DNA from: Leidyana gryllorum EB-2025a
Taxonomy: Eukaryota > Protista > Apicomplexa
Reading direction: 5' to 3'
Length of the DNA stretch: 64,000 bases
NCBI GenBank assembly: GCA_048772705.1
Contig: JBLWGC010000216.1
Coordinates: forward strand, 124,001-188,000
Below are positions 32,929 through 48,647 of this stretch, piece after piece; position 1 is the stretch's first letter, and every line of letters starts with the position of its first letter. The notes under the pieces are model-generated. The model was not told the DNA's origin and did not search any database. It saw only the letters and a program-made list of their open reading frames with translations. The translations under genes and the position numbers were made by a program.

Positions 32929-34551
32929 GTGGTCAAACTTTCATCAATTACTCGTCTATCCGAGCTGTACTCTGCAGCACTTCAGGCGTTGTCCAGAGTG
33001 CCACATGTTGACATCCGCAATCTGCACTTAGGTGCCGTACTGTTGAGGACAGCGCAACGTCTTCATCTCGTTGTAGTGGCCCCCACCTCTGAAGACAATT
33101 GTACTTATTACTTGGTCAAGTTGCACAAAGTCCAACCAGACAGCCGCAGAGTACCGGCGAGATTCGAATGCAAAAGCAAGAGACCTTCTTGGACTTCACC
33201 AACAGCTTTGGATGAACCTCCGCACAAGTTCCTGCGTGAACTTATCGTCACGGCACATGCCCAGGGGAAAAGTGGAATACCTCGACTAATTGGTTGGAGT
33301 GCTGTGGATGTAAGCTGCAGTACATTATTTTCAGCTCGCTGCCTTTTCCAATTTGTAGTCGCAATCACAAAGCTAGATCTAACCCCCCATTTATCTTTGT
33401 AGGGCTTCCAAGGCGTGGTGCTAACCCATGATAACGGACTCAACTTGAGTCAGTTTGACAAGAGCGAAATGCCAGCTCATCTGCGTGTCCTGTTCGCTCT
33501 GGAGTGGGCGCGACAGGTGAGTTTTGCGGTTGCCGACACTACAAAAGCACACGTGTGTGCGGACTCAGATCGCACTGATTGTGTCGAAACTGCACGAGGC
33601 CGGGATTGTCCATCAGAACATCCAAACAGATCAGTTTGTGGTGAGTCATAGCTCAGTGACATCACAATCGGGGTTTCTGTGCGTATCTAGTTTACCACTC
33701 GTCCAACGGCCAGCTGTTTTGGGGAATTGAGTTTAGTTGACCTCGAAGGAGCCACGATGCTTCCGCCTCCGCCCAAACCCGCAGCGGCAACTCCCAAGGT
33801 GTTTAGGACTCCGGGATGTCGGGCTGGGTGTCAAGGCTCACTTGACCCTCTGGCAGCAACCCTTGAGAGTCGATGTTTGCACGAACTGGAGGTTCCCCCT
33901 CAGATTTGGATGATCCGGAGTTGTCCCATAGCTCCTGAGCGGCGAGTATTGCTGCAAGTGAACTCGGCAGGCCCCGAGCAGACAGTCGCAAGTCTGCAGA
34001 GCTGTGCCGGTGAGCCCAGTCTGTCGAACAAACCTTTAGACGTGACAGTTAGCTACTGACATTTGGGACTTGGCCCACACTATTGGGCCCTTGATAGGTG
34101 GGGACGGGGACTTTCGTCCTTGGTGCCCGCTGTGTCACTCGGTAGGGTAGAGCACAGAATTAACAGCTCATGGATGCGTATCCTGCACATCAGCAAAGGG
34201 ACTGGCCACTGGCAGACTTCCACAAATGGATGTGTAGTGGACTTGCTTTGATGGATATGACTTGGATGGTACCAATGGCAATGTCACCGTCGGTGAATGA
34301 CGTAGTGAGCACATTCCCACTACCCAGTCCGGTCGGTTTGCACGTGAGACGGCAATGGCCTCGGGTGTGTGAGAGCGTGCGAGTCGGTTGTCAGCGTCTG
34401 CTGAGGGATATGACAGCACATGACATGCGATTGAGACCAAATTCAGCAACGGTAGCGATGGAGTTGGGGAGGATGTTGAAGTTTGTGGAACAGTTCTTAT
34501 CAAACCAAACAGAAATCTCCCTGCCAAAACGAAGTCCAGATTGTTTTTGTG

Positions 34552-34559
<8 letters not shown>
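32929..34559 (+). CDS. pseudokinase, tandem paralogue of the preceding kinase (start unresolved)
   Basis: YLVKL, FLRELI, LIGW, HQNIQTDQ (no catalytic Asp), DLEG, IAPE, DIWDL and RLRPNS, with intron positions similar to the upstream kinase. Confidence 0.65.
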
Positions 34560-38218
<3,659 letters not shown>

Positions 38219-38471
38219 CTAGCCAATATCCACTTTTCTAGTGCGCCAGCTGATCTCAACCCAAAGAACACTCTTCAATCCAAACCGACCCTAATTTCGT
38301 CACTCCCTTCGCGAATCTCTCTCACTCACAGACCTGTTAGAACTAGCCAGAATCGGAGCTGTTGTTCGTCTAGAACACATCCCCCCACCAATGGTGGTAG
38401 CCCTGCTACCAGCCGCCTCTCGGTGCCACCAGCGGCCACAGATCAGCACTTCGCCTACTTGCTGTACACAT

Positions 38472-38600
38472 GTTTGTTCCCAGGGGGTGTTTGCCAGCTA
38501 TGACACAGACGACAATAAGAAGCCCCAGAGGGAAATTTCGTCTAGCGGTGCTCAGCAAGAGAGGTTACGGGATGGGTAACTCCTCAGAATAACACCGCAT
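38472..38600 (-). ncRNA. box H/ACA snoRNA, copy 1
   Basis: Minus strand: hairpin GCGGTG..CACCGC, H box AGACGA, hairpin TTCCC..GGGAA, and an ACA box followed by 3 conserved nt. Confidence 0.75.
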
Positions 38601-38613
38601 TGCAAATACACAG

Positions 38614-38742
38614 GTTTGTTCCCAGGGGGTATTTGCCAGCTATGACACAGTCGACAGTAAGAAGCCCCAGAGGGAAATTTCATCTAGCGGTGCTCAGCAA
38701 GAGAGGTTACGGGATGGGTAACTCCTCAGAATAACACCGCAT
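38614..38742 (-). ncRNA. box H/ACA snoRNA, copy 2 (near-identical, period 142 bp)
   Basis: Same structure as copy 1; H box AGATGA. Confidence 0.75.
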
Positions 38743-38754
38743 TGCAAATTGACG

Positions 38755-38901
38755 AGTTGTTCCCAAGCCACAAAGCCACATAAGAGTCAATGAATTCCTC
38801 GTGCAGACGCGAAATGTAACAGAGGGAAATTGTGTATAGCGGTGCTCAGCAAGAGGTATCAACGTGGCAGACTGACTTGAACCCTCGGAACAACACCGCA
38901 A
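38755..38901 (-). ncRNA. box H/ACA snoRNA, copy 3 (diverged)
   Basis: Stems, guide pocket, H box (ACACAA) and ACA box are conserved, while the apical parts differ completely. Confidence 0.7.
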
Positions 38902-39200
38902 TAGATCACCAACACAAATTGCGCCAAGCTACCATAGCGAAGATCGCGAGTGACCAGGCAGCTCAATGATTGTGACGAATAAGCAACCTCGAGTATTTCA
39001 CGATGAACATCAATAGGTAAATTATCAGCGTTAAAATCAATGTCTATTTTTAGGCACAAAAGTGTGTGTCGGGCCGCACACGATCAGATGTCGACTTTCA
39101 TTAGAATCACAAGTCGACAAGCTGACACCTGAATCCATTTCAGTATGGAAATGGATGTAATAGGTGACCAGCACCAATGCCCAATTACGCACATTTCTAC

Positions 39201-42200
39201 TTATACGTTCTCAAGTGATGTATCTAGAGACAGAGCTTGCCCGGCCATTTCAGCACTGGAAGGTTGGGATTCAAATAAGGCCCTCTTAGCCGCCCGGCGT
39301 CGTAATCTTCGTCGGTAGGCAGGCTTTGGGATGACCTCATCCAGTAAGGCGTTGAGTAAGCACCAGCCAAGGGCACTCGCATAATGCCACCAAGAAATTG
39401 GGGTCAAACTGAATACTCGTCGCAACCCCGGGACGAAGCACAGTAATAGAGTCAGTGTGGAAGCCAAAGAGCATGTCAGATGCATCCAGCCATTATTGTT
39501 GAATACTTTGTACATAGGCAGCCAGCTACGAACCTGAAGTACGAGCGCCATTATGACGTGGATTGGAACCCGGTGTGGCATATCACTCACGGTGTAAACA
39601 CGTAACACCTCGGTGGTGACAGCACAAGCAAATGATTGAGTGCTGGCGCGCATGCTACCCAAGGCGTTAACATAGGTGTAGTCAGTCGGATGGCGCCAGC
39701 CACTTGGGGGCAAGCACCATCCGTCCTCGTCGATCGCATCGTCACCACAATTAAGTCGCTAAACGAGATATTGGACAACTCGCGAACAAATAGCGAAGCC
39801 TTACGTTGTCTATCCCGAAGATCTGAGCAGTGGTCAGTTTATGCTCATACTTCCCTTCGATCACTCCTAGATACTGTTGCATCGTTCCTTGATAATAAAA
39901 GTCGACGTTTGTCACCCAACCAGAGAAGCCTTTGTAAGACCGATACTCATGCGTCTGGCAGTAATACACCGCGTCTTCGCCAGTACGGTAGCACTGCTCG
40001 TGGATCTGTCCCAGACGAATAACGCCAGTGCTTAGATACATTGCAATACAAAGATTGGCTAGAACCACCCCCGCTTCAAACAGAGTGTGGGGCAAATTGC
40101 CGTAGAGCCACCAGTCTTTAGTCATGATGCTTTCTCCTTTCGGTCGAGGAGGTTTCTGAATAGACAACAAGTGATAGCCTTCTCGGAAACGTGTGTGTTA
40201 CTCACCTCCATGCAATCACGATCAGCAGGTTCACGGCATATCGATACCGCCGGACATCCTGAAGTCATCAGATTTAGGAATAGGATTTGCACAGCATCAA
40301 TTGGCATCTTGAGACGAGCAATAATGGCAATAAGTAGATACATAATCTCGCCGACATTGGTACCCAGTAGATAGCAAACGAACTTTTGGATATTGCCATA
40401 AATCTTGCGTCCCTCTTCGACAGCAGCCACTATGGTTACAAAGTTATCGTCCAGCAGCACCATTTCGGAAGCTCCCTTGGCAACATCTGTACCCGAGATT
40501 CCCATCGCAATACCAATATCTGCCGCCTGAAGAGCTGGGGCGTCGTTCACACCGTCCCCAGTCATCGCCACCACGTGGCCCTGACGTTGCAGAGATTTAA
40601 CTATTGCAATTTTGTCCTCGGGTTGGGCCCTGGCGAAGACACGCGTATTAGCCGTCAACTCGTCTATATTCTCGTCAGGTAGGACAGGTTCATTGGGGTC
40701 ATTGTTCTCTCGCAACGCCGTACACGGCACAGCTCCTCCAGTTTGGGGTCCTTCTTCCTCGCTGCAAAGAAGAGTTGCTGTGTCTCGCCAACACGGTCAC
40801 TGTTTGGAACTCACCTGAGTAATCCGATCTGTTTGGCCACAGCTGTGGCAGTATTGATCTGATCACCAGTGATCATCACGACACGGACGCCAGCTCTGTG
40901 ACAAACCGTCACAGCGTCTTTTACCCCGTTGCGTGGGGGGTCAACAGATCCGAAGAGACCCATAAAGACGATAGGGCCGGAATAGTAGTAACCCAATTTG
41001 TCTTCGGTCGAGTCCATCTGGGTGATTCGTGTCACTTCACTCGCAGTGAGCGGGATGATTGCGACACCCAAAACCCTCAGCGCTCTCTGCAAATGGACAT
41101 TTCTATTTGACATAGAAGTCGGAACTCACTTGCGCTAGACCCATGTTGGCATCTGCGATTTCATGTAATTCCCTTTCGGTTATTCTTTCAGACCAGTCCA
41201 CGTGTATTTTCCCTTCTGATGACGGCGTATGACGGCACATGAATTTCGCGTGTTCGATAACTCTTTCGGGAGCGCCCTTCAATACAGCGACATGGGTGAA
41301 CGGAGTGTGGGGAGCTTCTAGAGCAATGTTGTTGAAATCGTCTTCCTTGGGTAATCGATGTACTGTGATCATCACCTTCCGTGCGGAGCTGAATGGAATT
41401 TCTGCTTCCTGCACACGAGGGTAGTCATCGTGTGCATTGTGCCAACCTTCCATCGCCACACCCAGCCGCGCTTTCGCAGCAGCCACCACAATAGCACCCT
41501 CACTCATGTTGCCCAAAGTATTCCACTTTCCCGTTTCGACGTCTTTCTCCAAGCGAGTACCATAGGAGTTCAAGTAGCCAGCGAGAACCATGCTCCGCAC
41601 GGGGACTGAATCCTCATCCTGCGTGTTCGGGTCGCCTAAATCCACGCATACAGAATTGTAGTTGGGTATCCTTGCCTCAACCAGCGCTAAAACTCTTTCC
41701 TTCTTCTGATCGTCCAATTCCGTATCTTTGAATATGCCACCTTCAGGATTGTAACCTTTGGTCGGCCAGAACGAAAAAGAGCGGGTCGCTTCAGCGCCCG
41801 TCCGTCTTGTGAAAGATACAATCTTTACGGCAGTCATTTTGCCCTCTGTCAATGTGCCAGTCTTGTCAGAGCACACAACGGAACAGCATCCCAGAGTTTC
41901 AACCGCTGGGAGTTTGCGAAGCTGAGAAAAGATCGAAATTGAGACGCCACACCATCAACAAACTTACGTTCGCATTACGTGCGGCCATATCGCGGCATCC
42001 CAACGATAAACAAACTGTAACGACCATCGGTAAGCCTTCTGGGATCGAACTGACAGCAAAGCCAACACCAACCAAGATGATCTGAACCGACACCATGTCA
42101 TCACCAACGTCCTCCGCACTCACACTTACCGACAAAATCGGGTTGGCATCTGGGTGGCTGGGATCTTTGTATTTGGTAAAGATGGCGATCATGACCACTA

Positions 42201-43380
42201 CGGCAAGAGCTCCAACCGAGAACAGTCCAATTAATCCTCCCAAACTGTCCAATGCCGCTTGCAGTGGTGTCTTGGATCGCTTCTTCGAAGCTTCATTCGA
42301 CAACTGCTCGGCAATGCGCCCCACCTATATGGACCAGATGAGTTGGCAACAAACAGTTCGCCCTCTTCTACCACTCACTTGAGTCTGCATGCCGGTCGCA
42401 TACACGATGCCTAAACCTTTGCCATTGACGATATTCGTAGAGCCAAAGACAAGATTGTCCGCGAAAGCCGCCGTAGGGTCGGTAGCAACTAGGATCTTTT
42501 TGACGTCGTCCGGCTCGCCCGTCAGAATGGCCTCATTGGACTTCAAGTCGGCGGCCTCGATGATTCGCGCGTCTGCAGCGACGCTGTCCCCTGTTGCCAG
42601 GCACAATATGTCTCCAGGAACGACGTCCGTGGCTTCAATCTCTACCTCCTTGCCCCCGCGGATTACCCGACATCTCGGCGATGCGAGACCCGCCAGAGCA
42701 GCCAACGCATCCCCAGCACTTTTCTCCATCCACGTTGAAAGAATGGCATTCGCGAGAACACACGCCCAAATCACCGATCCTTCCACCCACTCCTGGAAGC
42801 CCCAGCAAACCAAAGCGGCAATTATGAGAATGATAATCACTGGTTGGGTTAGATTTGAGAAGAAGACCTTCCAAAGCGGATCTCGCTTATCGGCTGCCAA
42901 TTCATTCTTTCCGTACACCTCTTGGTTTACTTCAGCTTGTTCGTGAGTCAAGCCGTGTACCAGGTCACTAGTGTAGCGCGCGGCCAGTTCTACGGCTGGA
43001 GTAACCGCCCATTGGTTCTGTCCCAGTCCCTCTTCCAACAAGGCTTCTTGGCTGGTTGCCAGAGCAGCGGCGAACGCCTCGGGGTCGTGACTTCGAGCGT
43101 AGCTTATCAACTCCTGGAGAGAAAACTGAGAACCTGATAGACGCGAGATCACACGAGCGGTATCGTGATCTGCATACTCCTCCAACGCACGCTCTCCAAT
43201 GTTCTGTTTGTGATGTGGGTGGTGAGTTGGAGGAGCACCAGGCGTGAGTAGTGAGCCACTTCGTGGAATCGACAATTGCGAGTGCGATTTCGATAGCTGT
43301 TTCAACAAACGATGGTGTACTTCTCGAGCATGATGGTTTAGCTCCTTAGAGCGACTGTGCTGCGGGCCCTCGTTGGCCAT
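39201..43380 (-). CDS. ATP4: P-type ATPase, ATP4-like, paralogue B (multi-exon; TGEP and NLMTSG variants)
   Basis: ATG at 43380 (MANEGPQ). [51 protein letters not shown] and [13 protein letters not shown]; several short GT-AG introns. Confidence 0.9.
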
Positions 43381-43773
43381 CTTGCAGGATACTTGAGCGG
43401 TGGAAAAGAGGTCGTCGTCGTCGTCGTCAAAGAAACGATAGTTTCGAGCCAAATAGTCAATTCCAGCAGCCCTCAAAACGCACACAAAGTGAAATCGCAA
43501 TCCCCCGTCTTCACTTGCGAAAACAAATACATTTAGATTATGGCCCTGGACCTTGCGGATCAACGGAAAGTGGACGACGAGGCTCGTCAGGCTCCCGCCG
43601 CATACAAAAGCCAAGGCGACCGGTTTTATCATGACGGACGTGAGAACTCTTTGCTCTGCTTGTGCTGATGGCACTGCGTGTGGTGTGTGTCTGCGGTTGC
43701 GTGTGTCTCCCACGGGCGCAAACCTGTGAATTGTGTTTCTGCTATCATTGTGGACTGCGTGGCATCCTTGTGG

Positions 43774-44472
43774 ATGGGTGTGAACGATTTGGCTGCAGGC
43801 GAGATCGAACTTTTGGATTTTGTATACGAGATCGATCGTGATAGCGACATTCAAGGCAATTCGACCAAAGTACTGCAGGCCATCGACCGTTTCGGCGCTG
43901 AGAGACGGTACTTGATGACCATCGGCGCTGAGAAGGGAGATATTGTTCGTGACAAGATATTGGAGTATGTCAGGAAGGCCAACTTTCGACCGATCATTAT
44001 GGTTGAACTGGGGGCATATGTGGGCTACTCTGCAATCATGTTCAGTCGGCTTCTCCCTGGAGGCTCCAAATATTACTCAGTGGAGGCTATCCCGGAATTC
44101 GCTGCTGTATCTACAAAGATGATCGAATTGGCAGGATTGTCGAACGTCGCCCAGGTGATTGTTGGGTCTGCTGACCAGAATATCCCCAAGCTCCGGGATC
44201 GCCATGGAATAAAGAGTATCGACATTGTGTTTTTGGATCATGCAAAAGAGCGATACTTGCCCGACCTTAGAACGTTGGAGGAACTTGAGTTTATCAAACC
44301 CGGAACTCTGCTGGTTGCAGATAATGTGATAAAGCCTGGCAACCCGCCCTATTTGGCCTATGTGCGGGGTGAGTCGGGCGAACCCCGCCATCGGTACCAA
44401 TCGGAGATGTTCAAAGCTCCTGAGCCGTCGGGAATTGAGGATGCTGTGGAGATCTCCCTATGTGTCCAATAA
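43774..44472 (+). CDS. COMT: catechol O-methyltransferase-like SAM-dependent methyltransferase (intronless)
   Basis: YLMTIGAEKG, MVELGAYVGYS (SAM motif I), VFLDH.K.RY..DL and ADNVIKPGNPPYLAYVR. Confidence 0.88.
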   Translation: MGVNDLAAGEIELLDFVYEIDRDSDIQGNSTKVLQAIDRFGAERRYLMTIGAEKGDIVRDKILEYVRKANFRPIIMVELGAYVGYSAIMFSRLLPGGSKYYSVEAIPEFAAVSTKMIELAGLSNVAQVIVGSADQNIPKLRDRHGIKSIDIVFLDHAKERYLPDLRTLEELEFIKPGTLLVADNVIKPGNPPYLAYVRGESGEPRHRYQSEMFKAPEPSGIEDAVEISLCVQ

Positions 44473-45227
44473 TTGGAATGTTGAATGTAAATGTTTAGAA
44501 CTTGTTTGCGGTACTTGGTGCGCTGTGCAGCGATCTTCGTATGTACGTGTGTACTGCCTCTGTGTGGTCCGCCTTTGTCTGATTGTAATCTCAACAACAA
44601 CAACAGCTACAGCTACAGTCGGTTCTCGTAGGCCGATGCCCCGCTTTGAAATCTAGGGGCGCACGCAACTAGGCTGTTCCCCCTTCTAGTGGACTTGTGT
44701 GTGTGGACCCAGGGACGCCCTATCAATTTTTGAACGGGGTGATATAATCACCCGCACACACAGACATACAGCGTCTCGATCCCCTTTCTCGCTCCCATAT
44801 ACACACACAGTCACACACACGCATCTGGCCAGGCGTTAGCAGCAGTGCATAGAGTTGTGAAAGAGAAAGGTGAAGGGGAGCGGTGATGAATGTAGTGGAC
44901 GTAAGAAGGTAATATGCACAGATCTGAGGGTAGGCAAAGCACTACAGGAGTCTTTTAGAGGATGTTGTTGAAAAGAGCAAGTCGCATGTGAACATGCAAG
45001 AGGGAACAGACATATCCCGAAGGGTTGGAAGTCAGCGACCGGTGAACGGCGCACACACGTAAGTGGCTCAGATCACATTGGCAGCGTTGATCGATGTCTC
45101 GTTCAGACGGGCCGCCGGAGACTGCAAGCGACGACGATTAAACCGTCCTTATACCATTCATGGCGATGCCTCTGGACCTATATTATCTCAGTCTATCCAA
45201 CGATGGGTCAATTGTGCCTCGGCCGTA

Positions 45228-47527
45228 ATGTCGGAGAAGGAAGTTCCATCAGGGTCGAATTGGGCTGCGAGCCCCACCGACTTGTCTCAACGGAAACGAA
45301 TTCTTATCCGAGCACAGCGGCCAGGAAAATCTCAATCAGTGGCCAATGGTGAAATTACCCTCAATGACCTCGAACCTGTGTACTTTGAGGTTAGTAGAAT
45401 CTTTCTTGTCGCCTCTCCAATCTCGATTACCACAGCATCGTCTGAGTCCCGAGCAGGCCATTCTGGGGCGAGGAACGTACGGCGTTGTTCGATTGATGAG
45501 ACTCAAATCTACTGGAGAGTACTTTGCTGTCAAATCGGTAATGCCCCATCCCACATGTGTCCACCTCTATCCCTTCTCGCAGCTCGACAAAACAATTGTG
45601 GTCTCTACAGGGATGCTGTCTCAAGTCCACCTTGAAATTGCAGCTCAGCGGCTCGTGTCCCATGAGCATACTGTCCGGTAAGCACGTCAAGAGACATTGA
45701 CTCATCATGCTCTTTCGCAGGTGTTGGAATGTTGTTGCCGACGACACTCACGTACACCTCATTCTGGATTATTGCCGTAATGTGAGTGAAAATTGTCTGT
45801 GTCTCCGTCCGTGTCACTGTGTGTATGTGCGTGAGTGGAGTGAATCCTTTGTGTCGCGCCCAATCTTCATTCGATATTCGATTTCAGGGCGATCTATTCC
45901 GCAAGTTACGGAGCGCACCGAACCGGAGACTGAATGAGCGACACGCTTTCAAATTATTTCTGCAACTGATATCTGGGCTGTCGCATATCCACGCCTTAGG
46001 TTTCTGTCATCGAGATCTGAAGCTGGAGAATTTATTATTGGACGAAAAGAATGATCTGAAGATTGCAGACTTTGGATGGGTGTCACGGATCAACGGAAAA
46101 TGCCGAAACTTCAACTTTTGCGGTACACTAGACTATCTCGCGCCAGAAATGATCCGAGGCACTGGACACGACTGGCGCGTTGATGTATGGGCAGTCGGAG
46201 TTGTCCTGTATGAACTTCTAGCTGGCAAACCCCCCTTCCTCTCCACCCGCCATTACGAGCTCCTTGACAGAATCCTGAGTGCCAGGGTACACACAGACAC
46301 GGTTTGCGGGCCTGCACGAGTTCACGGACCTATAAGACCTGACGCTCTCTCTGCAGTCAACGCCTTCCTGCAGACCGATCCGGATCGCCGAATCAGATTC
46401 GCAGGTACGACTGAATTGTTATGTGAACACACATGCGTGTGGTGACCACACTTGTGTGCATAATCTTGCTGGTGTCTCCGCCCGGCATTGATTGTACTAC
46501 TGTGGTGCTGTTCGGTTATCAATGGGTTTAATTTCTCGATGACGAAGGGTTGTTTGCAGACATCTTGGGTTTGGACTGGGTGAAGCGCATGCTTAAGGAG
46601 ACCTATAGTGTGTTCTTGCGGAGGTGGCCAGAATATGAAAGCACGCCTAAGAGTCCCCGGCTGACGACTACGGCCCGGAAATTACGGCGGGTACCTCCAA
46701 AAACAAAGGGGTCGCACGACAAGGTGGTGACGTCGGTGGAGCTTCCCCAACTTTTGCGGGAGGTGAGTCGATTAAGCTCATCGACTGGGTCAGAATTGCG
46801 GACCCGACCGTCGCTACCGGAGACCGAGCCGGCTCCGCCCCCCTTACAATCGCTGGCATCTGTGCTATCGTCTCGATCAGTCGGTCTGAGTCGAGCTGTG
46901 GGGGGTAAGCGAGGATTTTCGAGATTATTGGAAGCACACAAGCGCGCTTCGAGCGGGTCTTCTGTGCAGCCTGAATTACGGACACGGCTGGGTAGTTCCA
47001 GCGAAATTAATGGATGGGGTTTACCCCCTGTGACACCGTATGTGCCGCCGGCGGCAGAGTTGCCAGCCTCCACACGGATGCGTCAGCATCGGCGAGTTGT
47101 ATCGCCTCGTAACGCTGTATCAACGACGACTATCTCTGAGCACGATAGTTCGGCAGCCGAGACTCCGTGTCGGAGTATTCGTTCGCCGCCTCTGACAAGA
47201 CAAGTAGAACGGCGTCATGTGCCGATCTTGAGTGACATAGACCTGACATCAGAGTCTCTGAACACCCCTTCCACGTACACACCATCTAACTGTCCACCGC
47301 CATTACCACCATCAGCAGCGGGGCGAGTGGCAACACCGAGTAGTATGGCTCATCCCAGAAGCTCGCATCAGTCCCAAGCCCACCATTCGCGATTACCTTC
47401 ACCACCCACAACGTCCCCACCAATGCGCGCGTTTGATTCGGTGCCACTACTTCGTCAGTCGCCCCTCGTAGGAGCAGTAGCTCAGCGGCCGACGCCAATG
47501 TTGAGCAGCATTTCGGCTTATCCATGA
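45228..47527 (+). CDS. Aurora-like Ser/Thr kinase with long disordered C-terminus, multi-exon
   Basis: LGRGTYGVV, FAVK, HRDLKLENLL, IADFGW, FCGTLDYLAPEM and DVWAVG. Confidence 0.8.
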
Positions 47528-47596
47528 TTGTTTACAGTGTGTCTGCTTCAAAATCGAGTGCATGTGCATCTAACTATATCGCACGCCCACAAAGTC

Positions 47597-48647
47597 ATGC
47601 TCGGACCACATCCTGCCACAGAACTCCCCAACGCGCCTTATGCCGGGTATACACCCGCGCCAGGTGTCGTGCCGCCCATAGAGGCACCCGTATTTCCTGC
47701 CAGTTGCTGGTGAGTTGACCAATCCCGACCACTGCCTCATCTGTCCCAGGAACCCTTCGAACAAGTGCGTGGTGACTGCGTCTCAGCCGGTCATCCCGGT
47801 CCCGGTGACGCAGGAGATCCACAGAAAAGAAAAGGTCATTGAGGTCGACCAGACTATCGTCACTGATCGAGTGGTCCCCCAAGTTTACCATCAGGAAGTC
47901 TTCTATGAGGTCCCGAAGCTCGCCCTCGACATCAAGGAGCGGAAGCTGAATGTTCCTCAGATCGAAATCACCGAGGAACCCCGCGAAATCCCCTGCGCAG
48001 TCGGCTTCAACTTCCGTTTGGTTCCCGTTTGGGAAATGAGAGAGGTTCCCCGTCTCTTCCCCGCTTACAGCGGCAAACAGGAAGTCATTGAAGTTGGCAT
48101 TCCGCAGGTACAGATCGTCGATAAGAAGGTCGAGAACGAGGTGCCCATCTATGTTGGTGAGAAGACTGTGGAGAAAGAGGTGAGCTTCAATCGCCAATTT
48201 TGCCCAAACACCGCGTCGCACGCAGGTCATTGAGGAAGAGGGCGTTGAGGTCATTCAATACAAATACGTCAAGAAGGAAGAGGAAGTGCCCGTGTACAAC
48301 TATCGTCCTGTCTGTGAGCTCGAGGTCTCTGTGCCCGCACCAGTCGTTGTCCCGGTGCCCATTGCTCCGGTAAGCCTCCCCTCTCCCCCACTTTGCCCTC
48401 AGATCACACACTCTCCTCACTTCTGCAGAAAGAGAAGGCTCTCGAAACTGAACACATCTCTTGGGAGGAGTACAAGAAGACTCTCGGCAAGGGCAGTTTG
48501 GCAAAGGTCAAGAGACAGATGCGGACTCTGTGCCATTCTCATCGCCCTTGTGACGCTGCGTCACCTCCTCAGTCTCCGCCTTTCACTCCTAAGCTTCAGA
48601 GAATGCCCCAGAATTCTCCTCACCAGGATTCCCGCCGTCAGGATTAG
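47597..48647 (+). CDS. alveolin / inner membrane complex (IMC) protein, 4 exons
   Basis: Val/Pro/Glu/Lys repeats (EKVIEV, YEVPK, VPQIEI, EVPIYV, VPVY); in-frame GT-AG joins at about 47710, 48180 and 48370. Confidence 0.75.

Noticed and set aside
38472-38901. Possible CRISPR array or satellite
   Set aside because: Units are ~142 bp without unique spacers, there are no cas genes, and the context is eukaryotic. The H/ACA structure explains the pattern.
39060-39200. SECIS element in the ATP4-B 3' region
   Set aside because: The upstream CDS needs no in-frame TGA and the spacing does not fit the consensus.
43381-43854. N-terminal extension of ATP4-B given by the ORF track
   Set aside because: It overlaps the COMT gene antisense and is not ATPase-like; the ATG at 43380 is more plausible.
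45228-48647. Aurora kinase-alveolin fusion
   Set aside because: The kinase frame stops at 47527 and the IMC gene has its own ATG at 47597; no convincing splice joins them.
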